Shown piece by piece: positions 45,444 through 57,663 of a stretch of 64,000 nucleotides of DNA; within the stretch, counting starts at the first letter, position 1; every line of letters begins with the position of its first letter. A program made the position numbers and the translations under genes. Source of the stretch: Nanobdellota archaeon. GTDB lineage: Archaea > Nanobdellota > Nanobdellia > Pacearchaeales > GW2011-AR1. The notes under the pieces are model-generated. The model saw only the letters and a list, made by a program, of their open reading frames with translations, did no database searches and was not told the DNA's origin. The stretch spans positions 167,037-231,036 of the forward strand of contig JANLHN010000003.1 in the NCBI GenBank assembly GCA_024654505.1. Direction: 5' to 3'.

Positions 45444-48017
45444 TCATTCGCTCTCTTTGATTTCTTCTACAATATCTTCCTCTGTTGGAACTCTTGTTAA
45501 GTCGCTTACAGAATCTTTATCTTTGAGTTTGATTACTCTAACTCCTTGCGTTGCTCTCCCCATAATTCTTAAAGATTCTACAGGTGTTCTTATTACGATT
45601 CCCTTAACTGTTGAAACAATTATGTTGTCTTCATTCCTCACAGATTTTGATGTAACAATATCTCCAGTTTTATCAGTTACTTTCATATTAATAACTCCTT
45701 TTCCTGCCCGACCAGTTAGTCTATAATCTTCTATCTCGCTTCTTTTACCATAACCTTTTTTTGTTATTGTTAAAATTGAAAACTTTTGTCTTTCTTCTGT
45801 AGGAATTATTTCTAAAGATACTACACTGTCCCCTTTTCCGAGTTTTATTCCTGTTACACCATAAGAAGACCGCCCCATAGACCTTATGTCTTTGCTATTA
45901 AACCTAATTGCTTGGCCTTTTTTTGTTACTAGAAGTATCTCTTGTCCGTCGGTTAATGGTTTTACTTCTATTAGAGTGTCTTGAGTTTCCATAACTTTTA
46001 TTGCTTTAATTCCCCCCTTTCGAGGATTATTAAATTGGCTTAGCTCAATCTTTTTGACTATTCCTTTTTCAGTTGCCATCATGAGATAATCATCAAATTT
46101 CTTTACTGCTAAAACAGAAGTTACTTTTTCATCCTTTAATTCTAATAAATTGACCACTGCTTTCCCTTTGCTGCTCTTTGCAGAAGATGGGATTTTATAG
46201 GCCTTTAACCAATGAACTTTTCCCTTGTCAGTAAAGAAAAGCATGTAGTCGTGAGTATTACAAGTTAATAATTCTTTGACGAAATCGTCTTCGGTTAAAT
46301 CCGAACCAATCACTCCCTTTCCACCTCTCTTCTGTTCTTTGTACTGTTGCAAATCTATTCTTTTGATATATCCTTTATCGGTTATTGTTACTATAACATC
46401 TTTTTTATCAACCAAATCTTTTTCTTCTAGCTCCTTAACCACTCCAATAATCTTTGTTTTTCTATTATCCCCGTAGGTGCTTTTAAGTTCTTCTAATTCT
46501 TTCTTAATAATCTTAAGAATCTCTTTTTCGTCTCCAAGAATTTTCTTCAGTTTCATAATTAAATCTCTTAAATCTTTTTCTTCTTTCTTTAGTTTATCAA
46601 ATTCTAGAGAAGTTATTTGGTGTAACTTCATTTCTAAGATTGCTTCTGTTTGCTTGTCTGAGAGGTTATATTTTGCTTTAAGGCTTTGTGCTGCTTCTAT
46701 CTTTCCTTTTGCTGCCCTAATTAATTTAACAACGGCATCAATATTACTTTGGGCAATGAGGAGGCCTTCGACAATGTGTAATCTCTTTTCTGCCTTATCT
46801 AAATCAAATTCCTTTGTCTTTCTGACAACAACCCTTCGGTGATTCACATAAACTTTTGCGTATTCTCTAAGTGTGAGGAGCTTGGGGATTCCACCAACTA
46901 AAGCTAACATGTTTGCATTGAAGGTCGTTCTGAGGTTAGTGTATTTGTAGATTCTATTTAGGGTGAATTTTGGTTCTGCATCTTTTCTTAGTTCAATAAC
47001 TATTCTAACTTTCCCTTTAGAAGATTCGTCTCTTAAATCTGATAAGTCTGGTAACTTTTTATCCCTTGCCAAAAGGGCAATTTGTTCAACGAGATTTGCT
47101 TTATTTACTTGGTAAGGGATTTCGGTGATTATTATTTTTGTTTTGTCTGCTTTTCTTTTTGGTTCTTCTATTACTGTTTTTCCATCAATTACTAATCTAG
47201 CCCTTCCTTCTGTATAAAGATTTTTTATTTCTCCACTTACTGTTCCCCCGGTAGGAAAATCAGGCGCCTTAATTGCTTCAATAAGTTCTTTATCTTCACA
47301 TTCTGGGTTATCTATGTAAGTTAAAATAGCGTCGCATGTATTGTTTAAATTATGAGGTGGGATGTTTGTTGCCATTCCTACTGCAATACCACTTGCACCA
47401 TTGAGGAATAAATTTGGAAGCTTTCCAGGCATTACTGTTGGTTCAAGTAAAGTATTGTCATAATTTTGAATCATTGGGACGGTTTTTTTATCAATATCTT
47501 CTAAGATTGCATCACTAATCTTTTCCATCTTTGCCTCTGTATATCTTGAGGCTGCTGCAGAATCTCCATCCATAGAGCCAAAGTTTCCCTGACCAATGAC
47601 TAAAGGGTACCTTAAAGAGAAATCCTGGGCCATACGGACCATAGCATCATAGATTGCCATATCTCCATGGGGATGATATTTACCCATAGTGTCTCCAACA
47701 ATTCTACCAGATTTTTTTGTCTGTTTGTTGTGTTGAAGACCCATCTCATTCATTGCCCAAAGGATTCTTCGATGAACTGGCTTCAAACCATCTTCAGCTG
47801 CAGGAAGTGCTCTTGCAACAATAACCGACATGGCATAATTCAGATATGCTTCCCTCATTTCTGTAGAAATCTCTGCATCAATTAGTTCCTTGGCTTGAAC
47901 ATTCTTTTTCATCTCTTCCCTTCTACTTTCAAATTCTTCAGATTCTTTTACTGCATTATCCATTCCGTCTATTTCTTTGACGTTTTCATCTTCATCTATA
48001 TAGTCTGCTGCGTTCAT
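45444..48017 (-). CDS. gyrA: DNA gyrase subunit A
   Basis: N-terminal [29 protein letters not shown]. Active-site region [11 protein letters not shown]-terminal beta-pinwheel repeats. 857 aa. Confidence 0.95.
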   Translation of the reverse strand: MNAADYIDEDENVKEIDGMDNAVKESEEFESRREEMKKNVQAKELIDAEISTEMREAYLNYAMSVIVARALPAAEDGLKPVHRRILWAMNEMGLQHNKQTKKSGRIVGDTMGKYHPHGDMAIYDAMVRMAQDFSLRYPLVIGQGNFGSMDGDSAAASRYTEAKMEKISDAILEDIDKKTVPMIQNYDNTLLEPTVMPGKLPNLFLNGASGIAVGMATNIPPHNLNNTCDAILTYIDNPECEDKELIEAIKAPDFPTGGTVSGEIKNLYTEGRARLVIDGKTVIEEPKRKADKTKIIITEIPYQVNKANLVEQIALLARDKKLPDLSDLRDESSKGKVRIVIELRKDAEPKFTLNRIYKYTNLRTTFNANMLALVGGIPKLLTLREYAKVYVNHRRVVVRKTKEFDLDKAEKRLHIVEGLLIAQSNIDAVVKLIRAAKGKIEAAQSLKAKYNLSDKQTEAILEMKLHQITSLEFDKLKKEEKDLRDLIMKLKKILGDEKEILKIIKKELEELKSTYGDNRKTKIIGVVKELEEKDLVDKKDVIVTITDKGYIKRIDLQQYKEQKRGGKGVIGSDLTEDDFVKELLTCNTHDYMLFFTDKGKVHWLKAYKIPSSAKSSKGKAVVNLLELKDEKVTSVLAVKKFDDYLMMATEKGIVKKIELSQFNNPRKGGIKAIKVMETQDTLIEVKPLTDGQEILLVTKKGQAIRFNSKDIRSMGRSSYGVTGIKLGKGDSVVSLEIIPTEERQKFSILTITKKGYGKRSEIEDYRLTGRAGKGVINMKVTDKTGDIVTSKSVRNEDNIIVSTVKGIVIRTPVESLRIMGRATQGVRVIKLKDKDSVSDLTRVPTEEDIVEEIKESE

Positions 48018-48247
48018 TTTTTCTTCCTCGCTTTATTTTTGGCCTTCATTTGTTTGACCTTCTTTTTTAGCTCGCTTTCAGTTACTTCAAGTATGGGGAA
48101 GGCCATTGCCACCAGATTACAATCTAGGCATTGTTGTCTTGGAATTATTCCAAATATGTTCCCCAATCCATGGACATATTTCACATTAAAAGATTGGCAT
48201 TTAGGACAGAACATTACTCTAATCTTTTTGTCTTTTTTGTTTGCCAT
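48014..48247 (-). CDS. Small zinc-ribbon protein with Lys-rich tail
   Basis: CPKCQSF...CLDCN, C-terminus [17 protein letters not shown]. Overlaps the gyrA start by 4 nt. Confidence 0.45.
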   Translation of the reverse strand: MANKKDKKIRVMFCPKCQSFNVKYVHGLGNIFGIIPRQQCLDCNLVAMAFPILEVTESELKKKVKQMKAKNKARKKK

Positions 48248-48504
48248 TATATTCTCTTAAACCTTTTAACTTTAATTCCTGGAATAATCTCTTTATCTCC
48301 ACAAAAGTCATCCAAGGATCTTGTCCAAATAGTCCCTTCTGGAAAATCTACCGTAGGGTAAAGTTGTTTGTAAACCACTATTCTTTGGGTTGGATTGTCA
48401 CAATCTCTAGCCATAGCAACTACTTCATAAATTCTTTTACTACCTCTAAAGTGAACATATTTTTCTCCTGCCATTGGTTCTTCCATTATAACTCCACCCC
48501 CCAT
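48247..48504 (-). CDS. DUF1653-like small protein
   Basis: KYVHFRGSKRIYEVV...RIVVYKQLY...PEGTIWTRSLDDF resembles the DUF1653 pattern. Confidence 0.4.
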   Translation of the reverse strand: MGGGVIMEEPMAGEKYVHFRGSKRIYEVVAMARDCDNPTQRIVVYKQLYPTVDFPEGTIWTRSLDDFCGDKEIIPGIKVKRFKRI

Positions 48505-48835
48505 TCTTCTTTATCAAAATTGAAAACATAGTTTTCTTTTGAGCAGTTATATTCTGAACATCCTCTTGAAGGATTGGTATAACCACCCTTACTAATACAA
48601 ATTCCATCACTTAATTTAAAGTTGTCATTTGGACAATATAGTCTTTCTCTTTCAACACATTCACAATTATCAGACAACCAGCTTTCTAATTTTTCTTGTT
48701 CGGATAATTCCTTTGGTTTTGTTATGGGGGAATCTTTTGGAAGAATGCTGATTATAACAATTCCTAGAATAATCAAAATTCCTATTATTAAAATGATGTT
48801 GTTGTTTTTCTTTTTGTTCTTATTTTTCTTTGCCA

Positions 48836-48836
<1 letters not shown>
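48486..48836 (-). CDS. Membrane-anchored Cys-rich small protein
   Basis: Lys/Asn-rich N-terminus, then TM segment IILIIGILIILGIVIISIL, then a Cys-rich ectodomain (8 Cys). Confidence 0.4.
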
Positions 48837-50743
<1,907 letters not shown>

Positions 50744-50909
50744 TCAATTTATGAAAGGAATTGAAAACATGAAAGTTGTTCTCAACTTGCTTTTTCTACT
50801 CCAAAAAGCATATTGTCCTTTATAAAGGTTTGGTCGGCAAATGTATGTTTTGTCGTCGGTAAAATGAAAATTAAGAAAATTCTTTCTTAGAACGGTTTTG
50901 ATTAAAATA

Positions 50910-51140
50910 TCACTTCTTCTTGGCTTCTTGTTGAGTCTTATATGTTGCTTCTTTTTTTTCTTTTTCTGCCTTCATTACATCTGATTTTTTAATCCACTTA
51001 ACTTTTTTTGACCTTCTTCCCATTTCCGAATTCTTTCTGCATTTAGATGAGCAAAAATATTTCACAGAGGCATCTTTTTGAACAACAGTTGTTCCCCTTG
51101 GGAATTCATACTGGTTTTTACAAAATGAACAGGCCGGCAT
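50910..51140 (-). CDS. rpl24e: Ribosomal protein L24e
   Basis: CSFCKNQYEFPRGTTVVQKDASVKYFCSSKC is the L24e zinc-binding signature. Confidence 0.8.
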   Translation of the reverse strand: MPACSFCKNQYEFPRGTTVVQKDASVKYFCSSKCRKNSEMGRRSKKVKWIKKSDVMKAEKEKKEATYKTQQEAKKK

Positions 51141-51141
51141 T

Positions 51142-51444
51142 TTAATCCTTGCTCCCTCGATTTATACTTTTCATAACTCTTCTCGCCTCAATTTCAGTTT
51201 CTCTGAGCATTAAAATATCTCTTTTTTTTATTGGACCCCTTACGTTCCTTCTCATTGACTTTCCCCTATTTTTTCCTTGAAGAATTTTACATTTTACTTG
51301 AGTGATTTCTCCTCTTGTTCCTGTTCTTACCAATACTGCTTCAACAATTGCTGGAACTGCTCCCTCTTCTGTAAGTTTTTCGGAGCCTTTGCTTCCTCCA
51401 GATTTCTTTTCTTGCTTAGTTGGTTTGATTTCTTTTTTGGCCAT
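51142..51444 (-). CDS. rps28e: Ribosomal protein S28e
   Basis: AEVIEI..RTGMTGEVTQV-like core. Here it reads AIVEAVLVRTGTRGEITQVKCKILQG...RNVRGPIKKRDILMLRETEIEARR. Confidence 0.8.
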   Translation of the reverse strand: MAKKEIKPTKQEKKSGGSKGSEKLTEEGAVPAIVEAVLVRTGTRGEITQVKCKILQGKNRGKSMRRNVRGPIKKRDILMLRETEIEARRVMKSINRGSKD

Positions 51445-51458
51445 TTTATTGAATGGGT

Positions 51459-51755
51459 TTATTTAAGAGAGTCAAGTTTGGCTTCGCCTGCTTCTAAAAT
51501 TGCAACTGCTGCTGTTGGTCTATTAATTCCAACAGAGATTCCCAATTTCTCTTTTGAATCTACTTCTACAAATTTTATACCCTTTTCTTTTGCAAGAATT
51601 GGCAGGTGTTGTGTTAATTCTTTTGGATCGACGTCAGTTGCTACAATTACTAGCTTTGCGACTCCTCGCTCTATAGCTTTTGTAACTTCGTTGACTCCTT
51701 TATCGACCTTTCCAGTTTTAGCCGCTTTATCTACAATGTCGTATGCTGATACCAT
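51459..51755 (-). CDS. rpl7ae: Ribosomal protein L7Ae (K-turn binding; L7Ae/L30e family)
   Basis: KGVNEVTKAIERGVAKLVIVATDVDPKELTQHLPILAKEKGI matches L7Ae. It sits in the conserved archaeal L7Ae-S28e-L24e order. Confidence 0.85.
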   Translation of the reverse strand: MVSAYDIVDKAAKTGKVDKGVNEVTKAIERGVAKLVIVATDVDPKELTQHLPILAKEKGIKFVEVDSKEKLGISVGINRPTAAVAILEAGEAKLDSLK

Positions 51756-51913
51756 GTTTTTGTTTTTGTTTAGTTACCAAGAAAGCTTAACCCTCCGGCA
51801 ACGCCTTCATTGGTACAATTTAAGTGAGATTTTGGTTTATAAATCTTTCCGATGAAAGTTTATCTGTGTAACATCTTAGATGTTACCCTATAAATGTTTG
51901 AGGAACTAATTTT

Positions 51914-52207
51914 TTAATAAATGAATTCATGCATCCATGAAGGACCTAAACATATGTCTGGTCCGGGACCAAGAGTCATTTCATAAGCCTGACCGTCTTT
52001 TTCATAGACTCCCGGATTAAAACGAGGACGAGGAAGAGAGGTATTATTTAAATCTCTAACAGCCACCTCCAATTTTAAACGAAGTGTTTCTATTTGTTCT
52101 TTAGTTAATGTGGTTATATCTTCTGATTCACTTTCCCTTTGTTCACCCATAAATTCTCTAAGAATAAACATTATTAATATATTTCTACTTCCACTTAACT
52201 TCAACAT
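51914..52207 (-). CDS. Hypothetical small protein
   Basis: 97 aa with no motif. Low confidence in the true start. Confidence 0.3.
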   Translation of the reverse strand: MLKLSGSRNILIMFILREFMGEQRESESEDITTLTKEQIETLRLKLEVAVRDLNNTSLPRPRFNPGVYEKDGQAYEMTLGPGPDICLGPSWMHEFIY

Positions 52208-52243
52208 TGTCCTTTAGATTACACCTTGCGTGCACGGGGTAAC

Positions 52244-53227
52244 CTATTTCCAGGTTACTGTTACCTCGTCAGTTCTTTCTCTTGGCTTAATGTCTATAGA
52301 ATCTAAATCTTTTGTTCCAAGCCCTGCCTTATACATTTTAAGTCCCAGATATCCAATCATCGCAGCGTTGTCAACTAGAAGAGAATTTGGGGGACAGAAG
52401 AACTTGGCTCCCCTTTCTTCACACATTATTTTGCACATCTCTTGGAGGCGTTTGTTACAGGCTACGCCTCCCCCTAGCAAGAGTTCTTTTTTTCCTGTGT
52501 GTGCGAGTGCTCTTTCTGCAACTTCTACCAACATTGCGAAAACTGTTTCTTGCATTGAGAAAGAGAGGTCTTCTATCTTTTCTCCATTATCTAAAAGTTG
52601 TTTAAGTTTTGTTTGAAGTCCTGAGAATGCTACATCCATTCCTTTTACTGAATAAGGGAGTTCTATTAGGTTATTTGATTGTTCTGCCAGTTTCATTATT
52701 TTTGGTCCTCCAGGAAATCCAAGGCCAGCATATCTTGCGAAAGTGTCAATAAAATTCCCAACTCCCAAGTCTAGGGTTTCTCCAAAAACCCTATATTTTC
52801 CGGCTTCGTAAGCGATTACCTGTGTATTTGCTCCAGAAGCATAGAGAAGGACGGGATCTTTTGCTCCGGTTGTTTCTCCGATTTCTAAGTGTGCGATGCA
52901 GTGGTTAATTGGGATAATTGGAAGGTTAAGTCTTTTGGCGGTTTTTTTTACAAATTCCATTCCTTCTAGGAGACATGGGGCTAATCCTGGAGCGTTTGAG
53001 AAGGCGATTGCTTCAATTTGGTCTTCTTTGATTCCCGCTTCATCCAGAGCTTTTTGATAAACTTCTGGAGCGACTTTTTTATGGTGTTTTCTAACTTCTA
53101 GGGGGATCATTCCGCCAGATTCGGTTGTGTAACTATCTGTGATGTTTGATAGGATTTTACCATTAAAATCCAATACCGCCGCCCCAAATGTGTGTGCGGT
53201 GGTTTCTATTGCTAGGAGGTATTTCAT
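52244..53227 (-). CDS. kae1: tRNA N6-adenosine threonylcarbamoyltransferase Kae1 (KEOPS catalytic subunit)
   Basis: N-terminal LAIETTAHTFGAAV, HCIAHLEIG (metal-binding His pair region), GGGVACNKRLQEM. 327 aa. Confidence 0.9.
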   Translation of the reverse strand: MKYLLAIETTAHTFGAAVLDFNGKILSNITDSYTTESGGMIPLEVRKHHKKVAPEVYQKALDEAGIKEDQIEAIAFSNAPGLAPCLLEGMEFVKKTAKRLNLPIIPINHCIAHLEIGETTGAKDPVLLYASGANTQVIAYEAGKYRVFGETLDLGVGNFIDTFARYAGLGFPGGPKIMKLAEQSNNLIELPYSVKGMDVAFSGLQTKLKQLLDNGEKIEDLSFSMQETVFAMLVEVAERALAHTGKKELLLGGGVACNKRLQEMCKIMCEERGAKFFCPPNSLLVDNAAMIGYLGLKMYKAGLGTKDLDSIDIKPRERTDEVTVTWK

Positions 53228-53470
53228 GAAAGATTGAAGAAGGGGGGATTTTTAAGGATTGGCTAATGCCTTCGGCACCTTTGGCGACTTCTTCGCTTAA
53301 TCTAAGAGTCGCCTAGCGACTCCTGACTAATAAGTAACTTCTAAGATAAATATGACTTGCTCAACTCCAAATAAAAAATCCAACCAACACATCAAAGAGT
53401 TTGTAGCATTCACTAATGCCTCTTTGGAGCGAGCATCTTCGACTTGTCCAGATGCGAGCGATGAAAACTT

Positions 53471-53498
53471 AAGTTTGTGGTTAAGAGACCACAAACTT
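53471..53498 (+). promoter_or_regulatory. Perfect 11-bp inverted repeat AAGTTTGTGGT-TAAGAG-ACCACAAACTT abutting the TTATAAAT box of the dacZ promoter
   Basis: The palindrome ends at 53498. The TATA-like element is at 53497-53504 and the dacZ ATG at 53527. Confidence 0.5.
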
Positions 53499-53526
53499 AT
53501 AAATACCAGTTCATCTTTTTTTTATT

Positions 53527-54570
53527 ATGGTGACAGAAAAAGAGAAAACACTTCTTGATTTTATCAAATTGGTGTCTCCAGGAAAACCTTTGAGAGATGT
53601 TATTGATGATCTAATTCGATCCGGTCTTGGAGCGATGATAATTTTTGATGCTCCTACACTCCATAGCGAGAATATTTTAGAGGGTGGTTTTAGAATTAAT
53701 AGTAGATTTACTTCCCAAAAACTTTTTGAATTATGTAAGATGGATGGTGCAATAATTGTTTCGCCGGATTTGAAAAGAATTCTTTTTGCAAACGCCTTAA
53801 TGAACCCAAATGCTTCACTTTATACTGCTGAAACTGGGACGAGGCATAAGGCTGCTGAGAGGACGGCAAAACAGGCAAATACATTTGTTATTGCGGTCTC
53901 TGAAAGAAAGAAAAAAGTTACACTTTATCATGGAGAATCGAGATATTTTCTTAAAGAAACAGAAGAAATTTTGAGAGATTTAAGTTCTACTCTTCAGGTT
54001 CTTGAGAAACAGAGAGAGCTTCTTGATGCAAATATCACAGACCTTAATGTTTTGGAAATGTCTGATTTAGTTTCGGTTAGTGATGTTTGTAAGGTGATTC
54101 AAAGAGCAGAAATGATTCTCAAAATATCTGATTCTGTGAAGATAAATTTTACTGAACTTGGACGGGAAGGGAATGTTATGTATATGAGGTATAAAGAACT
54201 ATTAAAAGGAGTCTGGGATATTGAAAAAGAAATTCTTCGTGATTATGCTCACATCTCATTAAAGAAGTCTAGGACTATCCTAGCCAACCTAACTTTAGAA
54301 GGGTTATTAGATACTGACTCTATTGCCAGATTAATAATAGAAAAATCTCCAGAGAGCAGTCTTTCTCCTAGAGGTTTTAGGTTTTTATCCCACCTCTCCC
54401 TTTCAGAAAAAGAAGTTTCCCCAATAGTAAAGAAATTTGGAAATTTGAAAGCTCTTTTTGATAGCGACTCTGTTGGTCTTGAACCAATCCTAAAAAATAG
54501 GGCGAGTACAACTTATGAGGAGATTAGAAGTCTTCGAGAGCAAGTTTTAAGCGGGAAGGTTGTTAGTTAA
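53527..54570 (+). CDS. dacZ: Diadenylate cyclase (c-di-AMP synthase), archaeal DacZ-type
   Basis: DAC-domain motifs MDGAIIVS (DGA) and ETGTRHKAAERTA (GTRHRAA). N-terminal DAC domain plus a C-terminal helical extension. 347 aa. Confidence 0.8.
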   Translation: MVTEKEKTLLDFIKLVSPGKPLRDVIDDLIRSGLGAMIIFDAPTLHSENILEGGFRINSRFTSQKLFELCKMDGAIIVSPDLKRILFANALMNPNASLYTAETGTRHKAAERTAKQANTFVIAVSERKKKVTLYHGESRYFLKETEEILRDLSSTLQVLEKQRELLDANITDLNVLEMSDLVSVSDVCKVIQRAEMILKISDSVKINFTELGREGNVMYMRYKELLKGVWDIEKEILRDYAHISLKKSRTILANLTLEGLLDTDSIARLIIEKSPESSLSPRGFRFLSHLSLSEKEVSPIVKKFGNLKALFDSDSVGLEPILKNRASTTYEEIRSLREQVLSGKVVS

Positions 54571-54803
54571 AGGGTGAGCGAAGCGAAAACGTTTTTCTGT
54601 TTAATCTGCTGTTCCCAGACCCGAAGGGCAAGAGCTGAAACAAAAAGTTTCCTCGTGAGTTTAAAATTTCATTTTAGGGTGGGGGTGGAGGATGGTTGTT
54701 TCCGACGACTAAAAAATTAGAGAAAAAAGCCTGCCCTTTTTTGCTTCTTTTTTTCTAAAAAGAAAATGAGGGGTTCTTATTTTGGTTGTTTTGAGAAAAG
54801 AAG

Positions 54804-55109
54804 TCAGTTTGACAAATAAAAGAATATTTGTAATGTAAATCCAATAATGAGCAATATTAATCCAAAAAATTCCAATTTATATTTTGGAGGAATTATCCCT
54901 TCAACAACAGGTTTATGCTTCCACATAAAAACCCATTTTTTAGTTTGAGTATTTTTATAAAAAGGTCTCCATCCATTCCACCAATATCTTCTCTTATCCC
55001 ACCACTTCACATCTTCTCTCCTACCATGAAAAGGATTTATAATTTCAGTAAAAGTAATAATAAGAACTCCAACAATATCAAAAATTAATCCTAAAATTCC
55101 GAGATTCAT
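54804..55109 (-). CDS. Small membrane protein
   Basis: Two TM segments (ILGLIFDIVGVLIITF; LEFFGLILLIIGFTLQIFF). Confidence 0.4.
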   Translation of the reverse strand: MNLGILGLIFDIVGVLIITFTEIINPFHGRREDVKWWDKRRYWWNGWRPFYKNTQTKKWVFMWKHKPVVEGIIPPKYKLEFFGLILLIIGFTLQIFFYLSN

Positions 55110-55345
55110 TTTTCTTTGAGTTTTTTGTTAATGTTACTCCAAGTCCAAAGACCAAAAACTAAACCTGCAATTCCCCAAATGACTATATTAAGTCCAACAT
55201 AAAATTCTTCTTCAAGAATAAACTTTGTAAAAAACCAAAAGAGCAGAAACATACCAAGACCATACATACTTCCCTTTGATAAAACATAATTCCATTTTCC
55301 ACCATCAACAATTTCCTTGAGTTTTGCTTTTTGTGTTTTATCCAT
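55106..55345 (-). CDS. Small membrane protein (coupled to the 54804 gene)
   Basis: Two TM segments. 4-nt overlap with the downstream gene. Confidence 0.4.
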   Translation of the reverse strand: MDKTQKAKLKEIVDGGKWNYVLSKGSMYGLGMFLLFWFFTKFILEEEFYVGLNIVIWGIAGLVFGLWTWSNINKKLKEK

Positions 55346-55836
55346 TATGAGAAAACAATGAAAATATAGTTTATAACCATTTCGGCGTGAGCCGACTATT
55401 TGTCCGAAGGACTAAGAACCCCCTAAAATAAATAGAAAAATTTGAGTGTAACGAAGTGAAACCTTTTACCCTTTGTTAGAAAAAGTGCGAAGCATTTTTT
55501 GAGTTTTCGTTGGTCGGATAAAAGAAGTTTTTCTGCCTCGCTGAAAGCGAGAGTAAATGTGCGAAGCACCAAGGCGGCTCACTTTGTATTTACAACAATT
55601 TCTACATTTTAGGGGCGGGTGGTCGGGGGTTTTAAAGTGTCCTCTTTACTAACTTTTACATTTTAGTTTTGGCTCACGATTGAGTTGAACATCGCGATTA
55701 AAAAAAGTTCGCGAAGCGAATTTGGGAAAAATCTGCAAGATTTTTCTTTTTAATCGCTGTTCATTTTCCCGAGCGTAATGAAATGGAGCGAGAGCCTGCA
55801 AGGCGTGGCACGAGCGAAGCGAAGGAGTAGCGATTG

Positions 55837-56517
55837 CTATTTAGGGGTGGGAAAAGACGTGCGTTTCTTGTTTCTGTTTTCTAAAAGGAAAGCGAGCAAT
55901 ATCCACAATAAAATAAATGAAATCATAATATAAGGACTTTCAATCGCCGTTCTCAAGGGCTCTTTTATTGAATAGAAAAGATAACCTAAAGCGAGACCAT
56001 AGGGAATCATGATTAAAGGAACTAAGAGAACTTTCAAGAAATTCTGCTTTTTTATTCCGGAATTAAAAAAATAAAAGGCAAGAGCATTGGGGTGGAGAAA
56101 AGAAGCAAAAAAACCTTTAGAAAATACCGGCTTACTTTCTGCTAACAATTCTTTATTTAATTTGTTCGCCAGTATTTTCCTACCTAAAGTATAATTGATT
56201 AAAGAGGTTATGGTTAATGCGATTGCCACAACTAAACTAATAGAAAAAAGCGACTTGAAAGTTCCATCAGAAAGAATGACTGCAAGAGCGACAATAAAAG
56301 AGCCCGGGAAATATAAACCAAAATATACAATTCCTTCTAAAAATGAGGCGATGAAAAGTCCAGTTAATCCATAAGAAGTATAAAGATTTTCTAAAAATAA
56401 AAGGATATTGCTCGGACTTGGAATATATCCAAACCTCCATAAGATAACAACACTAACATAAAATATTAATGCAGATAAAGGAAGTTTGGGAATCTTTTGA
56501 AAAAATTGTTTTAACAT
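55837..56517 (-). CDS. DedA/TVP38-family membrane protein
   Basis: FIASFLEGIVYFGLYFPGSFIVALAVIL matches the DedA F/YxxxR...G...PG core. About 6 TM segments. Confidence 0.6.
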   Translation of the reverse strand: MLKQFFQKIPKLPLSALIFYVSVVILWRFGYIPSPSNILLFLENLYTSYGLTGLFIASFLEGIVYFGLYFPGSFIVALAVILSDGTFKSLFSISLVVAIALTITSLINYTLGRKILANKLNKELLAESKPVFSKGFFASFLHPNALAFYFFNSGIKKQNFLKVLLVPLIMIPYGLALGYLFYSIKEPLRTAIESPYIMISFILLWILLAFLLENRNKKRTSFPTPK

Positions 56518-56625
56518 TTTTGCCTCTTTTAGAAAACAAGAGATATTGATTTATTAAATTATCTATGTGAGCACGTCTTGGGAGGCATCCATTAAAAATA
56601 TAAAGTCTCCATTGGACATGTTGTA

Positions 56626-57663
56626 ATGATAAGTCTTACCGAATTACGTGAAATCAGGGTGTTATTAGAGAATTCTCAGAATCCCTTGTTCTTTTTTGAT
56701 AATGATGTTGATGGGCTTTGTGCCTTTCTTATTCTGCGACGGGCGATTGGTCGCGGTCGTGGGATTGCCATTAAATCTTTTCCAGATTTGAGGGAACAAT
56801 ATTTGAAGAAGATTGATGAATTAAATCCTGATGCGATTTTTGTTTTAGACAAAGCAGAAGTTAGTGAGGCTTTTCTTGAGGGTGTTATTGAGCGAAACCT
56901 TCCCATTACTTGGATTGACCATCATGAATCGAAGACCGAAGATATTTTGAGGGAGAAAACCAATTATTTTAACTCGATGCCTTCCGCTGAACCTACGACC
57001 TTCATTGCCCATAATGTTTTCAATCGAAAAGAAGACATGTGGCTGGCGATGATTGGCTGTATTGGAGATTCTTACATGCCAGACTTTGCTGAAGATTTTG
57101 AGAAGACGGCCCCAGAACTTTTTAATTCAAAAGTTTCTTCTTTGGAAGCGCTTCATTCTACAGAAATTGGTAAGATGGTTAGAATGTTAAATTTTGGATT
57201 AATGGATACTACAACCAATGTGGTTAGTTTAATAAAATTTTTATTCAAAGCAAATAATTCTTATGACCTCCTTGAGGAAAATCGTTCCACAAAACAATTT
57301 CATCAAAGGTATGCCGAACTTAATGAGATTTTTATAAAACAGGTTAATAAAGCTGAAGAAGACTATGATGGGAAATCGGGAGTCTTGTTTCATTCTTATT
57401 CAGGTAATGTTAGTATGTCTTCGGAAATTGCTAATAGACTTTATTTTAATCACCAAGATAAATTGGTTGTTGTTGTATTTAAGCGGCCCGAGAAGATTAA
57501 TGTCTCTCTTCGAGGGAAAAATGCTTTAAAGATCACTTTGAGAGTAACTAAGGAAATTGAAGGGGCTACTGGTGGGGGGCACGAAGTTGCTACTGGAGCC
57601 ATGATTCCTATTGATGAGTTTGAGAATTTTAAGAAAAAGATTTTGGAGGCTGTTAATGGTTAA
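56626..57663 (+). CDS. DHH-family phosphoesterase (RecJ-like / NrnA-like)
   Basis: Motif I FDNDVDGLCA. Motif III ITWIDHHE (DHH). Glycine-rich motif near the C-terminus GATGGGHEVATGA (DHHA1-like GGGH). Confidence 0.7.
   Translation: MISLTELREIRVLLENSQNPLFFFDNDVDGLCAFLILRRAIGRGRGIAIKSFPDLREQYLKKIDELNPDAIFVLDKAEVSEAFLEGVIERNLPITWIDHHESKTEDILREKTNYFNSMPSAEPTTFIAHNVFNRKEDMWLAMIGCIGDSYMPDFAEDFEKTAPELFNSKVSSLEALHSTEIGKMVRMLNFGLMDTTTNVVSLIKFLFKANNSYDLLEENRSTKQFHQRYAELNEIFIKQVNKAEEDYDGKSGVLFHSYSGNVSMSSEIANRLYFNHQDKLVVVVFKRPEKINVSLRGKNALKITLRVTKEIEGATGGGHEVATGAMIPIDEFENFKKKILEAVNG

Noticed and set aside
53352-53558. ORF 53352..53558 (+) upstream of dacZ
   Set aside because: It spans the divergent Kae1/dacZ promoter region including the palindromic operator and TATA box, and is more likely regulatory DNA.
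55346-55836. Candidate RNase P RNA or SRP RNA in the 490-nt GC-enriched intergenic region
   Set aside because: I could not find the universally conserved RNase P (AGGAAAGUCC, CR-IV/V) or SRP helix-8 motifs by eye. Retained only as an unexplained non-coding region under findings.
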